From a phage: a stretch of 64,000 nt of DNA. Below, piece after piece: positions 1 through 9,862 of this stretch (within the stretch, counting starts at the first letter, position 1; every line of letters begins with the position of its first letter). The stretch is taken from the sequence record PZ445447.1; one strand, 5' to 3'. A program made the position numbers and the translations under genes. The notes under the pieces are model-generated. The model saw only the letters and a program-made list of their open reading frames with translations, did not search any database and was not told where the DNA came from.

Positions 1-4
1 AAGC

Positions 5-397
5 GTGATGAAAAATATTTGGGATATCGATATCTTTGAAGCCTCTAAGCTTGATGGTGCTGATGGAGTGATTATGGTGTCTGATGGCAAGGCAACACTA
101 ACTTCTGGGGATATCATCTATGCCTTGGACGAGCTGGCGCTTCTGAAATCTACCGGTAACACTTTAGAGGAGCGTCTTCAAGGCTTCGCCTTCAAAGAAG
201 GCACAAATACCGCCATGATGTGCACCACACGGACAGTTCAAGTTGGTAACGGTGTCTATATGATCATTGCTGTGTGTCCTAAATTCAGCAACGTCAACAA
301 AGATGATGCTGACGCTGTCAACGATGTGGTTGTTCTCTTCGTGGGTGACGCTATGGCAGATCTGATGAATGCAGGAGAAGCAGCAAATGAAGACTGA
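5..397 (+). CDS. hypothetical protein (true start may lie upstream of window)
   Basis: ORF from track in the co-directional gene array; no recognisable motif. Confidence 0.35.
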   Translation: MMKNIWDIDIFEASKLDGADGVIMVSDGKATLTSGDIIYALDELALLKSTGNTLEERLQGFAFKEGTNTAMMCTTRTVQVGNGVYMIIAVCPKFSNVNKDDADAVNDVVVLFVGDAMADLMNAGEAANED

Positions 398-689
398 AAA
401 CATCACCCCCGCAGGGTTCTTAAAAGTATACCGTGAACTGCTATATACTACAGAGGACAGTGTTCTAGAGTATCCAGAATATCTTTTGCTGTATAAGTAT
501 CTGCAGGAGGCTGGTGAAAATCTGCCAGTTAGTGCAGAAGGTGGTCCGAACTGGATATACAGCGCATGGAGAAAGGTTGACATTCTCCCCGACCCAGGTA
601 AAGATATGGTAGTTTGGCAGCTTATTAACAACATCGGGATTCCAATCTTTGATGAAGCTGTTAAAATCTATTTTGAACTTGACGATTAA
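369..689 (+). CDS. hypothetical protein
   Basis: ORF in co-directional array; start overlaps upstream gene end; no motif recognised. Confidence 0.4.
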   Translation: MQEKQQMKTENITPAGFLKVYRELLYTTEDSVLEYPEYLLLYKYLQEAGENLPVSAEGGPNWIYSAWRKVDILPDPGKDMVVWQLINNIGIPIFDEAVKIYFELDD

Positions 690-706
690 TATCAGGAGAC
701 CTTAAG

Positions 707-952
707 ATGACTGAAGTAGTTGCTCGCGCAGGACAGAAAGTACGTTGTGTTGAAGTAGGTTTTGGTGGCAAAGGGTGTCAAAACTTGACTCAAGGTAAGG
801 AATACGCTGTTATTTCTGGTGGTGGCGACGAAAGTATTGTGTTCGAGGGCCACATCCTGGATGCTGAAAACTTTGAAATCTTTGACGACGATGGGGATCC
901 GATCACCTGCCTGCTGGACGGGAATTGGGGAACTTTCGAAGTGATTGGCTAA
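707..952 (+). CDS. hypothetical protein
   Basis: ORF preceded by AGGAG-like RBS (aggagacc) about 8 nt upstream of ATG. Confidence 0.5.
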   Translation: MTEVVARAGQKVRCVEVGFGGKGCQNLTQGKEYAVISGGGDESIVFEGHILDAENFEIFDDDGDPITCLLDGNWGTFEVIG

Positions 953-1035
953 CAAATACCTATTGTAATTTACAGAAGGGGATGCTAAAATAGTGTCTCC
1001 TTCTATGTTGTTCAAATAAAATCGGAGATTCCATA

Positions 1036-1401
1036 ATGGAACAAATGAACGATCAAGCGTCGGTTGCGATGAACGAGCAAGAACAACCTCAAGAATTTTT
1101 CTTAGGGTTAAGTAAAGATCAAGTGTCTCTTTTGCTAGTGCTTTCTTCTTTCATGGGAAGACTTCAGGAGCTCACACAACAACCGGAGGCTGAACAATTA
1201 TTTCAGGCTCTGCGTGAAGAAGAAAAATATCGTCGTTTGGACTATGCCTTAGGTTGGGTAGCTCAACAACGAGATATGCTGATGGCCCTCTCTGGGACCA
1301 CAAGTTTTGCAATGGGCCTGTTGGCTCAAGTTCAGGACAAATTAATTCAAGCAGGGTTTGCACACACGGCAAACACTAACGAAGAACAAGGAGACAAATA
1401 A
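1036..1401 (+). CDS. hypothetical protein
   Basis: ORF with purine-rich RBS (cggagatt); stop overlaps next start (TAATG). Confidence 0.5.
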   Translation: MEQMNDQASVAMNEQEQPQEFFLGLSKDQVSLLLVLSSFMGRLQELTQQPEAEQLFQALREEEKYRRLDYALGWVAQQRDMLMALSGTTSFAMGLLAQVQDKLIQAGFAHTANTNEEQGDK

Positions 1402-2672
1402 TGAGCGTTATTCAACAATTCGCTAACCCGATGAATCCGCGTGAAACTGTTTTACTGGCTCACGGCATGATTAAACGCGTCAGCATCAAGCCTATCAAAG
1501 GTGCTGATCCTACAACAGGTATTAAAACCACTGTGTGGCAAGGTAAGAAAATTGAGTCCAGCCACACCATCTCTTTACTGATTTCTGAACTGGATTCCTC
1601 TGATAACCTGCTTCAAGGTGGTGAAGAAGTCTGGATCAGCATGGGTGATAAACTGCTTAAACCGGGTCATCAAGACTCTGTCTCTGTTAAGATTGATGAC
1701 AAGTGGGAAACCGTAACGCCAGGATGGATCGTAAATATCCCTTTGAAGGCAAACGAGCATAACGGTAAGACCTACTACAAGGGCTCACTGGCTAAGATGG
1801 TTAAGCTGGGTGCAGGAGAGGCTCCAGCAGCGACTCAGCAGCAAAAACAGCAACAAGGTGCACAATCACAAGGCCAGAAGCAGAAACCTCAGCAGAATGC
1901 CAATCAGGACGTTTTACGCATCTATGGCGATGTGACTCAGATTGTTGGCAACGTGGTTACTGTTAATGACCACAAGATTGGCGAAGGTGCTATGGTTGTC
2001 ACTGATGAGCAGCTTAAAGACCTGGTGGTAGGTGGTCGTGTTGCAGCCATTGTTGACAAAGACACCGGAAACATTATCAGTGGTTTCAAAGCCTACCCAC
2101 CTAAGGCAGAGAACGGCACTCAAGGCTCTGGTGGCAAGCGTAAATCCTCTTACGACCCTATTGGTGTGGAGACGGGGCATAGCATCAATGCGTTGCAGAT
2201 CATCCTGGATCGCGGGTTTAAGGTGGACGACCCACTAGGCGTGGCTAAAACACTGCACGTAGTCACCATTGAGCTTAAGAAAGAGTATGCTCAAGCCACC
2301 AACCGAACTGAAGATGAGGTAGGTGCCAGTGTCGGTAATGCGGTGTTGAACGCTTGTCGCCGTATTGACAAGAAAACGAAAGTTGATGATTTTGCAGTGG
2401 CAATTACTGCAGAAGCAAAAGATGTCTTGACTAATCTGGCTGAGCCGTTGTACGATTGGATCAAGAACGGTGCTGGGTCCACTGACCATCAAGAACCTCA
2501 AGCTGCCAAACAGGAAGCTGCTTCACAGCAAAATACTGTAGACGCTCCTCCTGTAAATGACGAGGAAGATGACCCAATGGATCAGAATCCAGCACAGTAT
2601 GACTTCTGTGATGACATACCTTTCGCTCCGGTGGGTTTGCAATATGGCAAAAGTAGAATCCACGCATTGTAA
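1401..2672 (+). CDS. putative ssDNA-binding-like protein with SSB-tail-like DDIPF motif
   Basis: 423 aa; Gln-rich linker, acidic C-terminal region containing D-F-x-DDIPF 16 aa before the stop (bacterial SSB tails end ...DDDIPF); N-terminal OB-fold not verified. Confidence 0.45.
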   Translation: MSVIQQFANPMNPRETVLLAHGMIKRVSIKPIKGADPTTGIKTTVWQGKKIESSHTISLLISELDSSDNLLQGGEEVWISMGDKLLKPGHQDSVSVKIDDKWETVTPGWIVNIPLKANEHNGKTYYKGSLAKMVKLGAGEAPAATQQQKQQQGAQSQGQKQKPQQNANQDVLRIYGDVTQIVGNVVTVNDHKIGEGAMVVTDEQLKDLVVGGRVAAIVDKDTGNIISGFKAYPPKAENGTQGSGGKRKSSYDPIGVETGHSINALQIILDRGFKVDDPLGVAKTLHVVTIELKKEYAQATNRTEDEVGASVGNAVLNACRRIDKKTKVDDFAVAITAEAKDVLTNLAEPLYDWIKNGAGSTDHQEPQAAKQEAASQQNTVDAPPVNDEEDDPMDQNPAQYDFCDDIPFAPVGLQYGKSRIHAL

Positions 2673-3267
2673 GAGGTGCATCAAGTGTGGAGAGGTGAAA
2701 AACCTCTCCGAGTTCTACAAACATCCAAAGATGTCTGACGGTCATCTTAATAAGTGCAAAGAGTGTTGCAAGAAGGCCAGCAGGGAGGCTGACCAATTTT
2801 CCCACGACTCTTCAGAAAAAGGTGTGATCCGCGTGTTGTACAAGACTCAAAAGTGCAACAGTAAGAAGAGAGGTCACCCACCTCCGACTTACACCAAAAA
2901 AGAGTTTAAGGAGTGGCTATACCTAAACGGTTACAAAGAGTTGTATGATCAATGGGTAGCCAGCGGATACGACAAAAGGAAAAAGCCTTCTTGTGACAGG
3001 ATAGATGATTTCAAAGGGTACTCTTTTGATAATATCCGTTTAACGACTTGGGGAGAAAATAAAGACAAGCAGACAGAGGATATTCTGTTACATAGAAGCA
3101 CCAGCGGTAGACGGTGCAAAAATGTAAGGAGGTTGGACATGAATGGTAACGTTCTTAAAGAATGGGTATCCCACAATTCTTGCCGAAGAGAAACAGGGAT
3201 ATGTGTTGATTACTACATTCATGAAAAAATTCCAGCTCCCGATGGATACCTCTATGAATACTTCTAA
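2644..3267 (+). CDS. zinc-ribbon protein, possibly homing-endonuclease-related DNA-binding protein
   Basis: ATG at 2644 chosen over longer track ORF; N-terminal C-x2-C...F...DG...CKEC block paralogous to N-terminus of the Endo VII-like ORF at 63303; no catalytic motif recognised. Confidence 0.4.
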   Translation: MAKVESTHCKRCIKCGEVKNLSEFYKHPKMSDGHLNKCKECCKKASREADQFSHDSSEKGVIRVLYKTQKCNSKKRGHPPPTYTKKEFKEWLYLNGYKELYDQWVASGYDKRKKPSCDRIDDFKGYSFDNIRLTTWGENKDKQTEDILLHRSTSGRRCKNVRRLDMNGNVLKEWVSHNSCRRETGICVDYYIHEKIPAPDGYLYEYF

Positions 3268-3282
3268 CATTTAGTTAACATA

Positions 3283-3311
3283 GCCCTGCCCGAAAGGGTG
3301 GGGCATTTTTG
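3283..3311 (+). terminator. putative rho-independent terminator
   Basis: GC hairpin (ccctgcccgaaagggtgggg) followed by cattttt. Confidence 0.5.
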
Positions 3312-3329
3312 TATAAGGAGATCTAAAAA

Positions 3330-3746
3330 ATGACATTAGAAGATATCATTGTTAAACCTGAGAACTATGACCAATACAACCTGTCAACTCAATCTGTAGA
3401 CCTTGGATGCGCCACGGTCAGTGCGTGGCTGGTTAACGGAAAAGAGCTGGATAAATGCTTAGAAGCTCACATGTCTATTAACAAGTTTCTGGATGAAAAT
3501 ACTCACTGGCTTGAGGGTGCAGGCGTATATGCTTCATGGTTGGAGAGTATGGGATTCGACTACCAATCTGAAGAGGGGTGGTGGAGCTATTTAGCTATCT
3601 GCCCAGAGACGCTGCAATGCTTCATGAAATATTCTGAAGATTTGGAGTACCGGGCGGTGGTTGATAGTGCTATTGCCCGTTATAGCCGTAAACCTTTTTC
3701 CCACGACATTAAAACTGTGGAAGAATTTGTTGAAGTTTTCTGTTGA
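3330..3746 (+). CDS. hypothetical protein
   Basis: ORF with AAGGAG RBS (ataaggagatc) upstream. Confidence 0.5.
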   Translation: MTLEDIIVKPENYDQYNLSTQSVDLGCATVSAWLVNGKELDKCLEAHMSINKFLDENTHWLEGAGVYASWLESMGFDYQSEEGWWSYLAICPETLQCFMKYSEDLEYRAVVDSAIARYSRKPFSHDIKTVEEFVEVFC

Positions 3747-3842
3747 CACAAGTTGAAAGGTGTGTAATTATAACTTCATAGAACGGGAGGACGTGATGAA
3801 CGAAGAAAACTGGGATGTATAACTAACAGGAGGCCACTGCCC

Positions 3843-4040
3843 ATGATTTATAGAATCCGTGTAAGAGAAGATGCACCAGGCTGTTACTTTGACTGGCGTG
3901 GGTGGTGGTTTCTCCACCCGATGGATGGACTCACAGATAGAATGCTGGATGCTGCCCTTTATACAGATACCGATATAGAATATAATCTCTATCTGAAGGA
4001 CGGTATAGATAACGGCCTATTTGAAGCAATTCCTGTGTAA
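3843..4040 (+). CDS. hypothetical protein
   Basis: ORF with AGGAGG RBS (caggaggcc) upstream. Confidence 0.45.
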   Translation: MIYRIRVREDAPGCYFDWRGWWFLHPMDGLTDRMLDAALYTDTDIEYNLYLKDGIDNGLFEAIPV

Positions 4041-4108
4041 GAAACTGTGATAGCCATGTTTTATGATCTTCCTGTAGCACCACCACCTGTTGAACCCGGA
4101 GAACTAAG

Positions 4109-4534
4109 ATGATCTATGAAATGCCAAAACTGATTCGTGATGATGCCCAAAACGCTCACACCATTATTATGGGCAAACGCATGGATATTATTTGTCATAA
4201 AGACTTCTGGGAAGGGAGTTACTTCACAGAGTATTTTGGTAAACTGGACAATGGTCTGCTGATCCAGTTCTACACCGATGCGGAAAACAACATTCACTGG
4301 GAGTTCGAAACTGAAGATATCCATAAACTTTTCACCTTCCTTGGTATTAAGGTTGAGGCCAAGTTTGAAGAAGGTGAGTGCGACGATTGTGGATTCTATG
4401 AGGTAACAGATTTCTACCTTCCAAGTGGTAAAAATCTCTACTACGAAAGCCATTTCGGCAACTCAAATATGCCACAGGGTTGGGATGAGTTTTTGGAAAT
4501 TGCAGAAGAGGAGCTGGAATACCGTGATTATTGA
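4109..4534 (+). CDS. hypothetical protein
   Basis: ORF with GGAG RBS (ccggagaac); acidic C-terminus. Confidence 0.5.
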   Translation: MIYEMPKLIRDDAQNAHTIIMGKRMDIICHKDFWEGSYFTEYFGKLDNGLLIQFYTDAENNIHWEFETEDIHKLFTFLGIKVEAKFEEGECDDCGFYEVTDFYLPSGKNLYYESHFGNSNMPQGWDEFLEIAEEELEYRDY

Positions 4535-4982
4535 TACTGTAAAGGGAGATCTAATCTCCATTTTCAAGAAAGGGTCAGGCCACATGATCCACGGTTGTAA
4601 CTGCTTTCACACAATGGGTGCAGGTATAGCGAAAGATATTGCCCGTGAGTTCCCTCAAGCACTGGCAGCCGACAAAGAGACTGCTTATGGTAATCTAGAC
4701 AAGCTGGGTATGTTTTCTTGTTGGGAGCATTTTGCCAAGGCCAGGGTCGTATATGGAATCAACCTGTATACCCAGTTCTACCCAGGGCCCAATGCTGAAT
4801 ACTTCTCAATCATGAAAGGTTTTGAGCGAGTCAACGAGGTATTCAAAGGTATGTCATTGCCGTTCTACATTCCTAAAATCGGATGCGGTATTGGAGGTCT
4901 AAAGTGGGAACATGTAGAAGATGTAATTAATCTTGCAACCACAGATATTGATGTGGTTGTAGTAGAGTACAAAAAGTGTTGA
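4521..4982 (+). CDS. macro domain protein (Poa1-like ADP-ribose processing)
   Basis: GDLIS...HMIHGCNCFHTMGAGIAKDIA matches the macro-domain N-terminal strand plus H/N-C-x-x-x-MGAGIA signature of Poa1-like macro domains; start assumed GTG 4521 overlapping the upstream stop. Confidence 0.6.
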   Translation, partial: TVIIDTVKGDLISIFKKGSGHMIHGCNCFHTMGAGIAKDIAREFPQALAADKETAYGNLDKLGMFSCWEHFAKARVVYGINLYTQFYPGPNAEYFSIMKGFERVNEVFKGMSLPFYIPKIGCGIGGLKWEHVEDVINLATTDIDVVVVEYKKC

Positions 4983-5233
4983 CGACCATCTTCTGAGGTG
5001 ATATAGTTTCCACAACAACTAAGAGAGGAGAGCACTGTGGAGACTAAAATCTTAATTCTTGCTGTGGTAGATACAACCGAAGGAGCTATATTCGAATCTG
5101 CAGGAGGGTATTTCTACCTACCATACGGAAAAAGAACTTCCGAGCCAAGTAAAGATTCAATCCTCAAAGTGTTCCCGTGTGCTTTCTGGCTGGAGATTTT
5201 GGTATAAGATTGCAGATGATTTGGGAGAGAATT

Positions 5234-5428
5234 ATGAGAAACAAGAAAGAACTTTACTCTGGTGAGTGGATCAACGATCAACAGGTGGGAGAGGTAACCT
5301 GCTTCCGATGTTTTACCAGGTACAATCTTAAAACTGCACCAAAAAGTGTTCCAAAGACTGATGGTTATTATATAAAAGAACCTCATTGCCCAAAATGTAA
5401 ATGCCGATTGTACTGGAGCAATCTGTAA
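5234..5428 (+). CDS. small zinc-ribbon protein
   Basis: ATG 5234 after gggagag RBS; CFRCF...CPKCKC cysteine pairs. Confidence 0.45.
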   Translation: MRNKKELYSGEWINDQQVGEVTCFRCFTRYNLKTAPKSVPKTDGYYIKEPHCPKCKCRLYWSNL

Positions 5429-5491
5429 GAGGTTGACATCTGAAAACTGCAGTGTATAATATACGCATAAACTAACAGAGAGCGATGTATT

Positions 5492-5683
5492 ATGGTAATT
5501 TTTAACCGGGATGGTATCATAGTTAGACAGCACCCGTTCCTTGAATACTATCAAATTGAGCAATGGTGCTACGGGGATTGCAGTCACTCCTATGGGCAAA
5601 GTTGGGGATATCGTACAGTTTTTGAATCAACAGACCTTGACAAAGTAAGACAGAAAGTTTTAGAACTTATTAACAACAAGTGA
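5492..5683 (+). CDS. hypothetical protein
   Basis: ORF in array; weak RBS. Confidence 0.4.
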   Translation: MVIFNRDGIIVRQHPFLEYYQIEQWCYGDCSHSYGQSWGYRTVFESTDLDKVRQKVLELINNK

Positions 5684-5692
5684 GTATGATAT

Positions 5693-6025
5693 ATGGTAAC
5701 ATTAGAAAGACGTAAAGCTATCGCTGCCACACTGGCAGACATCTTTTGGGATTGTAATTTAAAATCTACCCGAAATTGTGGCGCATCTGTAGATGTATTA
5801 TTCCCACGGCCTACTATTGTTGCAATGGGCAACCTTCTTGATGTGGTATATGGAGCATGGGACAAGGAAGGTGGATTCTATATCTGGCAACCTGACTACG
5901 GGACTTGGAAAGAGGTTAGTGGTTCTACGGACTTCACTCCTGCAGTGGCTAAAATGGATGGCTGGAAAATCTATGTCGGTAACGACATGGAACTGAAAGG
6001 CGAAATTGTTTACTGGTTACCTTAA
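5693..6025 (+). CDS. hypothetical protein
   Basis: ORF in array; no motif recognised. Confidence 0.5.
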   Translation: MVTLERRKAIAATLADIFWDCNLKSTRNCGASVDVLFPRPTIVAMGNLLDVVYGAWDKEGGFYIWQPDYGTWKEVSGSTDFTPAVAKMDGWKIYVGNDMELKGEIVYWLP

Positions 6026-6045
6026 GAAAGTGCAGGGGATAAAGT

Positions 6046-6291
6046 ATGAACAAAGGGTGGACATTTGTAGACGGCGTTGAAAACATGCCTCTAGGAAAGT
6101 ATATTGTAGCCATGGCAGATGAGAATGGCAAGGTTGATTTCGGAGCTTGCGAGATTGTTCTTGCAGGATCTGGTGACCATGTGCACAAAACTGGGATAAT
6201 TAACGGTCATTTCTACTTTGATTACAACCCTGTTGTGGCGTATATGGCTATGCCAGAGTTAGAGCTCCCAAAGGAGGGTGCAGATGTTTAA
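6046..6291 (+). CDS. hypothetical protein
   Basis: ORF with purine-rich RBS (gcaggggataaagt). Confidence 0.5.
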   Translation: MNKGWTFVDGVENMPLGKYIVAMADENGKVDFGACEIVLAGSGDHVHKTGIINGHFYFDYNPVVAYMAMPELELPKEGADV

Positions 6292-6481
6292 GCTTAAATC
6301 TGCATGGAACATCGCTGTGGGGGATGAGATCCGCATCCCAGGTGGAAAGACCATTATGAAGATATCACGTATCGAGTATGAAGGTGATCGTGTATTTCAT
6401 ATCTTTGCAGAAGATGGTCGAGAAATTTATATACAGGCAGGCTCTCACATCTATATTCGTAAGAAAGGGGACGACAAATGA
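6278..6481 (+). CDS. hypothetical protein
   Basis: ORF with AAGGAGG RBS; overlaps neighbours by a few nt (translational coupling). Confidence 0.5.
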   Translation: MQMFKLKSAWNIAVGDEIRIPGGKTIMKISRIEYEGDRVFHIFAEDGREIYIQAGSHIYIRKKGDDK

Positions 6482-6810
6482 CAGAGATCATCGTTTCAAC
6501 TGCAGGGTATGTATTCCTGACAATCATTGCGTTGGCTATTCTGGTGGCGGTGTATGGATTTGTTATCCTGCCTATTCTTGAGACATTTAGCTTGTGTCGG
6601 TGTTGGAGAAAAGCTTACGGACCACAACCGTGGAAAGACTGGTTTCATTTGGTGCGTATAGCGTTCTCTTATGCCTATGATCACTCCAGCAGTGCATGCG
6701 TAACCGGGTACCATGCCTACAACTGGAACTGGGAAGGGCTTGGGAGATGGACTGTTACAAAAACTATACCCTTACGGTTGTATAAAGGAAAGAACACACT
6801 GGGAGCCTGA
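6478..6810 (+). CDS. membrane protein (one predicted TM helix)
   Basis: hydrophobic stretch YVFLTIIALAILVAVYGFVILPIL near N-terminus. Confidence 0.5.
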   Translation: MTEIIVSTAGYVFLTIIALAILVAVYGFVILPILETFSLCRCWRKAYGPQPWKDWFHLVRIAFSYAYDHSSSACVTGYHAYNWNWEGLGRWTVTKTIPLRLYKGKNTLGA

Positions 6811-6845
6811 TATTTTAAGTTATCAGATTGCCAGAGATCAGGAGG

Positions 6846-7300
6846 ATTTCTAAAATGGATTTCCTCCTTTTGATATTTTACCTACCAGGATATTTTAAAA
6901 TCCTTAGAAAATCAGAAAATGGATCGAAAACTAAAATGGATTTTTCAGAGCAGGCACGACGAGATGAACCACTCATCCTATCGTCTGCACCATATTCCAG
7001 ACCACCATTACAGATTTCCCGCACATGCTCACATCCTTCTACTAGAACTTCCCCCACTTACCCTTGACCTTTTATAGTAATAATCCAACCACTACCTTGA
7101 AGTTGTGGCGCAGCTTTCCAAGTACTCGATCTGTTTTTCGTTTCAAAGATTGAATTTTCTGAAAATTTTTCTCGATAAATTTCTCAGTACTCGATCTGTT
7201 TTTCGTTTTCTGAATCGGATTTTCTGGAAATCGTTCCGGCTCTCGACCTGAAATTTTTGGGGACGAAATCGATTTTTCGTTTTCAGAAATGGATTTTTAA
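6846..7300. repeat. AT-rich iteron-like direct repeat array
   Basis: agtactcgatctgtttttcgttt occurs at 7121 and 7186; aaatggat(t) at about 6854, 6917, 6936, 7288; gattttctg(r)aaa three times. Confidence 0.6.
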
Positions 7301-7414
7301 AATTTCTATATGGGAATATTTTAGTGGATACTATTTTATAGGAAATTGTTACGGAGGGTAATTAGCGTGCTAATTAAATTTATTAAATGCGAGGAGTTCT
7401 CATTTAGAATTTTG

Positions 7415-7745
7415 AATGATAATCATTCTCGTTTGCAGAATAACGGGCAGGCCCGGTGATTGTCTCCCGGCCCCTACTGCCCCGGCTTGTTATTATAGTA
7501 ACACACAGGACAAAGAAAGCAAGAAGTTTTTGCATAAATTTTTAGACGATAATGATAATCGTTCTCATTTCATGCAGCGCCCATCCCCGGTGGTTGTCTC
7601 CCCCGTCACCGGTGCCTGCCGTCCTTTCGATAGGTATATTTTGCCACCTGGCGGGGCCGCTGTCAACACTTTTCAAAAAAAAAAAAATTTCTAACCTGAT
7701 GCGCTGACCGCTGCAACCTGGCGGGGCCAGCCTGGCAGGGCCTAA
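7415..7745. repeat. GC-rich motif repeats (non-coding)
   Basis: gataatc(a/g)ttctc(g/a)ttt...gcag twice; ccggtgrttgtctccc twice; cctggcggggcc twice; A13 tract at about 7670. Confidence 0.5.
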
Positions 7746-7830
7746 CTGACCAGGTAGGAGAGAATGAAGGCTTGCAAACCTGGTGGGCCTATGCTATAGG
7801 ATAGGTAACAATTGAAGAGGAGGTACAAAA

Positions 7831-8007
7831 ATGGAAGGTAATATGATCCCCCTGGAAAATGTAGCTATTAATGACGCTGAGGCTATCGCCCTGGTTGAAA
7901 AGGCTATGGCGGGAGCGTTGGAACATAAAGAAGAGTACGAAAAAATGGTGGTTAACCTGGCAGGGGCGGCGGCTGGAGAATTCTACCCAAAAAATAATTT
8001 TAACTAA
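7831..8007 (+). CDS. small hypothetical protein (58 aa)
   Basis: ATG 7831 preceded by gaagaggagg RBS; below the ORF-track length cutoff. Confidence 0.4.
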   Translation: MEGNMIPLENVAINDAEAIALVEKAMAGALEHKEEYEKMVVNLAGAAAGEFYPKNNFN

Positions 8008-8092
8008 TGGTTGACAGCTCGGACAGTTCTTGTTATTCTTATCCTCGCAAGGTGAACAACACCACACCAATTAACAGAGAGGATAAAAAATC

Positions 8093-8290
8093 ATGAACGC
8101 CTACGGAATTAAAGTACGTCGCAACACTCGCCAGGTGGTCACCAATCAAGTGATTTGCCGGGTGGATGTAACCATCAACAACGGGCAAGGCCTTTATAAA
8201 TTTCGTCGCGGTCATAGCTATACCCTGCAACAGCTTAACCGTTGCGCCCTGACAAAAGGTCAGATCAACCACTGGTTTAATAAAAAATAA
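8093..8290 (+). CDS. hypothetical protein
   Basis: ORF with agaggataaaaaatc RBS; upstream TTGACA at about 8011. Confidence 0.5.
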   Translation: MNAYGIKVRRNTRQVVTNQVICRVDVTINNGQGLYKFRRGHSYTLQQLNRCALTKGQINHWFNKK

Positions 8291-8353
8291 TGTTGACATA
8301 TGGTCTGACACAAAATACACTGAAATCACAAAAGACACTAAGAGGATAAAATC

Positions 8354-8752
8354 ATGAAAACCACTACCTTTAATTTTGATAATGCGGACTTTTCTTTTTC
8401 TGATGTCAAGAACTGCCGCCGTGATCGTGGATTTTACAAGGCTTATAATCTGGTGGGCCTGGACGATGACAATAATTTGCACGAAGTAGCTGAGATCCGG
8501 TATTATGCCGCCGCCAGTGGTAACACTCACTACTGCGTGTTTTGGATTCACGACAACAAGAACAATAAGTACGGTTATACTGGCGGCAAGGCGAGCGGTC
8601 ACGGTTACGATAAAGCTAACGCAGCACTTGAGAGCGCATTAAATGCTATGGGGATCACTGCCGACGGCTGGATCTACGAAGAAGAGTTTTTGTCGGCACT
8701 TGCTGACCACCTGGGCTATAAAAAGCACATTGTGACATGCGCCCACGAATAA
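8354..8752 (+). CDS. hypothetical protein
   Basis: ORF with taagaggataaaatc RBS; upstream TTGACA at about 8294. Confidence 0.55.
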   Translation: MKTTTFNFDNADFSFSDVKNCRRDRGFYKAYNLVGLDDDNNLHEVAEIRYYAAASGNTHYCVFWIHDNKNNKYGYTGGKASGHGYDKANAALESALNAMGITADGWIYEEEFLSALADHLGYKKHIVTCAHE

Positions 8753-8755
8753 AAA

Positions 8756-8817
8756 TCATTGACACGCTGCAAAATTTAAGTAAACTAGACACAAAAGGCG
8801 GGAATGTTTCCCGCCAG
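8756..8817 (+). promoter_or_regulatory. promoter plus 5' stem-loop cassette
   Basis: TTGACA 8757, -10-like taaact, then hairpin ggcgggaa-tgtt-tcccgcc before the RBS of the next gene. Confidence 0.5.
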
Positions 8818-8835
8818 CACAAAGGAAAAAAGATC

Positions 8836-9231
8836 ATGAATAAGAACGTACGCCGCATCATGAACGAACTGGCAAACGATGAAAAAATTATTGACATGCA
8901 TTTAGTCAACATTTGCCGCCGTTGTGTAACATATAACAACCGCGCCGCAAAAGCGCGTGAGATGAACGCAAAAGGCACCTTAAAGCCCTTTCAGGTGGTT
9001 GTAAAATCTATAACCAGTGCAGCAGGCCAGGCGCATGACCACAACAACGGGAGCACTAATATTGATCCGTCTTACGTAATGAAACGGATCCGGACTTGCA
9101 AGAATAAAGAGCAGGTGTATAATGTCATAGACTGGTTGGATTCTATGGGCGATGTGGTTTACAATAGGTTTTCTGCAGCTATCGAGATCCAGCTTGACAG
9201 GTTGGACGGTAAAGTACTGAAAACTTACTAA
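8836..9231 (+). CDS. hypothetical protein
   Basis: ATG 8836 after aaaggaaaaaagatc; in frame with longer track ORF. Confidence 0.55.
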   Translation: MNKNVRRIMNELANDEKIIDMHLVNICRRCVTYNNRAAKAREMNAKGTLKPFQVVVKSITSAAGQAHDHNNGSTNIDPSYVMKRIRTCKNKEQVYNVIDWLDSMGDVVYNRFSAAIEIQLDRLDGKVLKTY

Positions 9232-9280
9232 GATTATTTTTAGATGGCCTTGACTTCAGGGCCATCAATAAAGTAAACTA
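9232..9280 (+). repeat. repeated terminator/promoter stem-loop cassette (copy 1 of 3)
   Basis: gattatttttagatggccTTGACTtcagggccatcaataaagtaaact; inverted repeat gatggcc/ggccatc encloses a -35-like TTGACT; near-identical copies at 9863 and 13603. Confidence 0.55.
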
Positions 9281-9311
9281 ATCCCAGTTAAGCGAAAAAG
9301 GAGGCTTGAAG

Positions 9312-9431
9312 ATGAGCACTGCACGCCAACACACAAAGGTAACGATTATCGTTTGCATCATTGGTTACATCCTGGCGCAAATGTTGATGGGTAGCGCCAA
9401 TGATTTCGCAAAATTTTTCTTAGACTTTTAA
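9312..9431 (+). CDS. small hydrophobic peptide (39 aa)
   Basis: ATG after aaaaaggaggc RBS; hydrophobic core IIVCIIGYILAQMLM; below track cutoff. Confidence 0.3.
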   Translation: MSTARQHTKVTIIVCIIGYILAQMLMGSANDFAKFFLDF

Positions 9432-9459
9432 TTGACAAGCTAACTTAAATCAGTATAAT
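9432..9459 (+). promoter_or_regulatory. sigma70-type promoter
   Basis: TTGACA (9432) - 16 nt - TATAAT (9454). Confidence 0.6.
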
Positions 9460-9511
9460 ACTAAGCACATAAACGGGAAAACTTCCCAGAACACCAAAAG
9501 GAGAAAACATT

Positions 9512-9862
9512 ATGAATACTTCCATCACTATGACCGCCGAAGAAAAAGCCCTGCAGATCGCCGCTCTGAAAAAACAGATTGCAGAACTTGAAGACAAGAT
9601 CGACAATTTTGAAATCGACGAAGACAAGTACGACGATAAATATGATGAATGGTTAGACGAGATCTACGGCGAAATTATGATCGGAAACATCTCTTTTCTT
9701 CCGTCGCGTATCCTCAAGGAGCTAGATCCTATCGCTTACCGCTGCGGATTTAGCGACTACATCGACAGCCTGGATATTGAGGACGATGAAGAATACCAGG
9801 AATTACAGACAGAGTTAGAAGAAGCAAAAGAAGAGCTTGCAGAACTGGAAGAAAACGAGTAA
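9512..9862 (+). CDS. acidic coiled-coil protein
   Basis: aaaaggagaaaacatt RBS; D/E-rich heptad-like sequence. Confidence 0.55.
   Translation: MNTSITMTAEEKALQIAALKKQIAELEDKIDNFEIDEDKYDDKYDEWLDEIYGEIMIGNISFLPSRILKELDPIAYRCGFSDYIDSLDIEDDEEYQELQTELEEAKEELAELEENE

Noticed and set aside
164-634. Minus-strand ORF (156 aa) at the left edge
   Set aside because: Antisense to two co-directional plus-strand ORFs in a block that is otherwise entirely plus-strand; Cys/Ser-rich low-complexity translation.
6828-7694. Track ORFs 6828-7067 (+) and 7416-7694 (+)
   Set aside because: Lie entirely within the direct-repeat and GC-motif region, have low-complexity Pro/Ser-rich translations and no RBS; the region is better explained as non-coding repeats.
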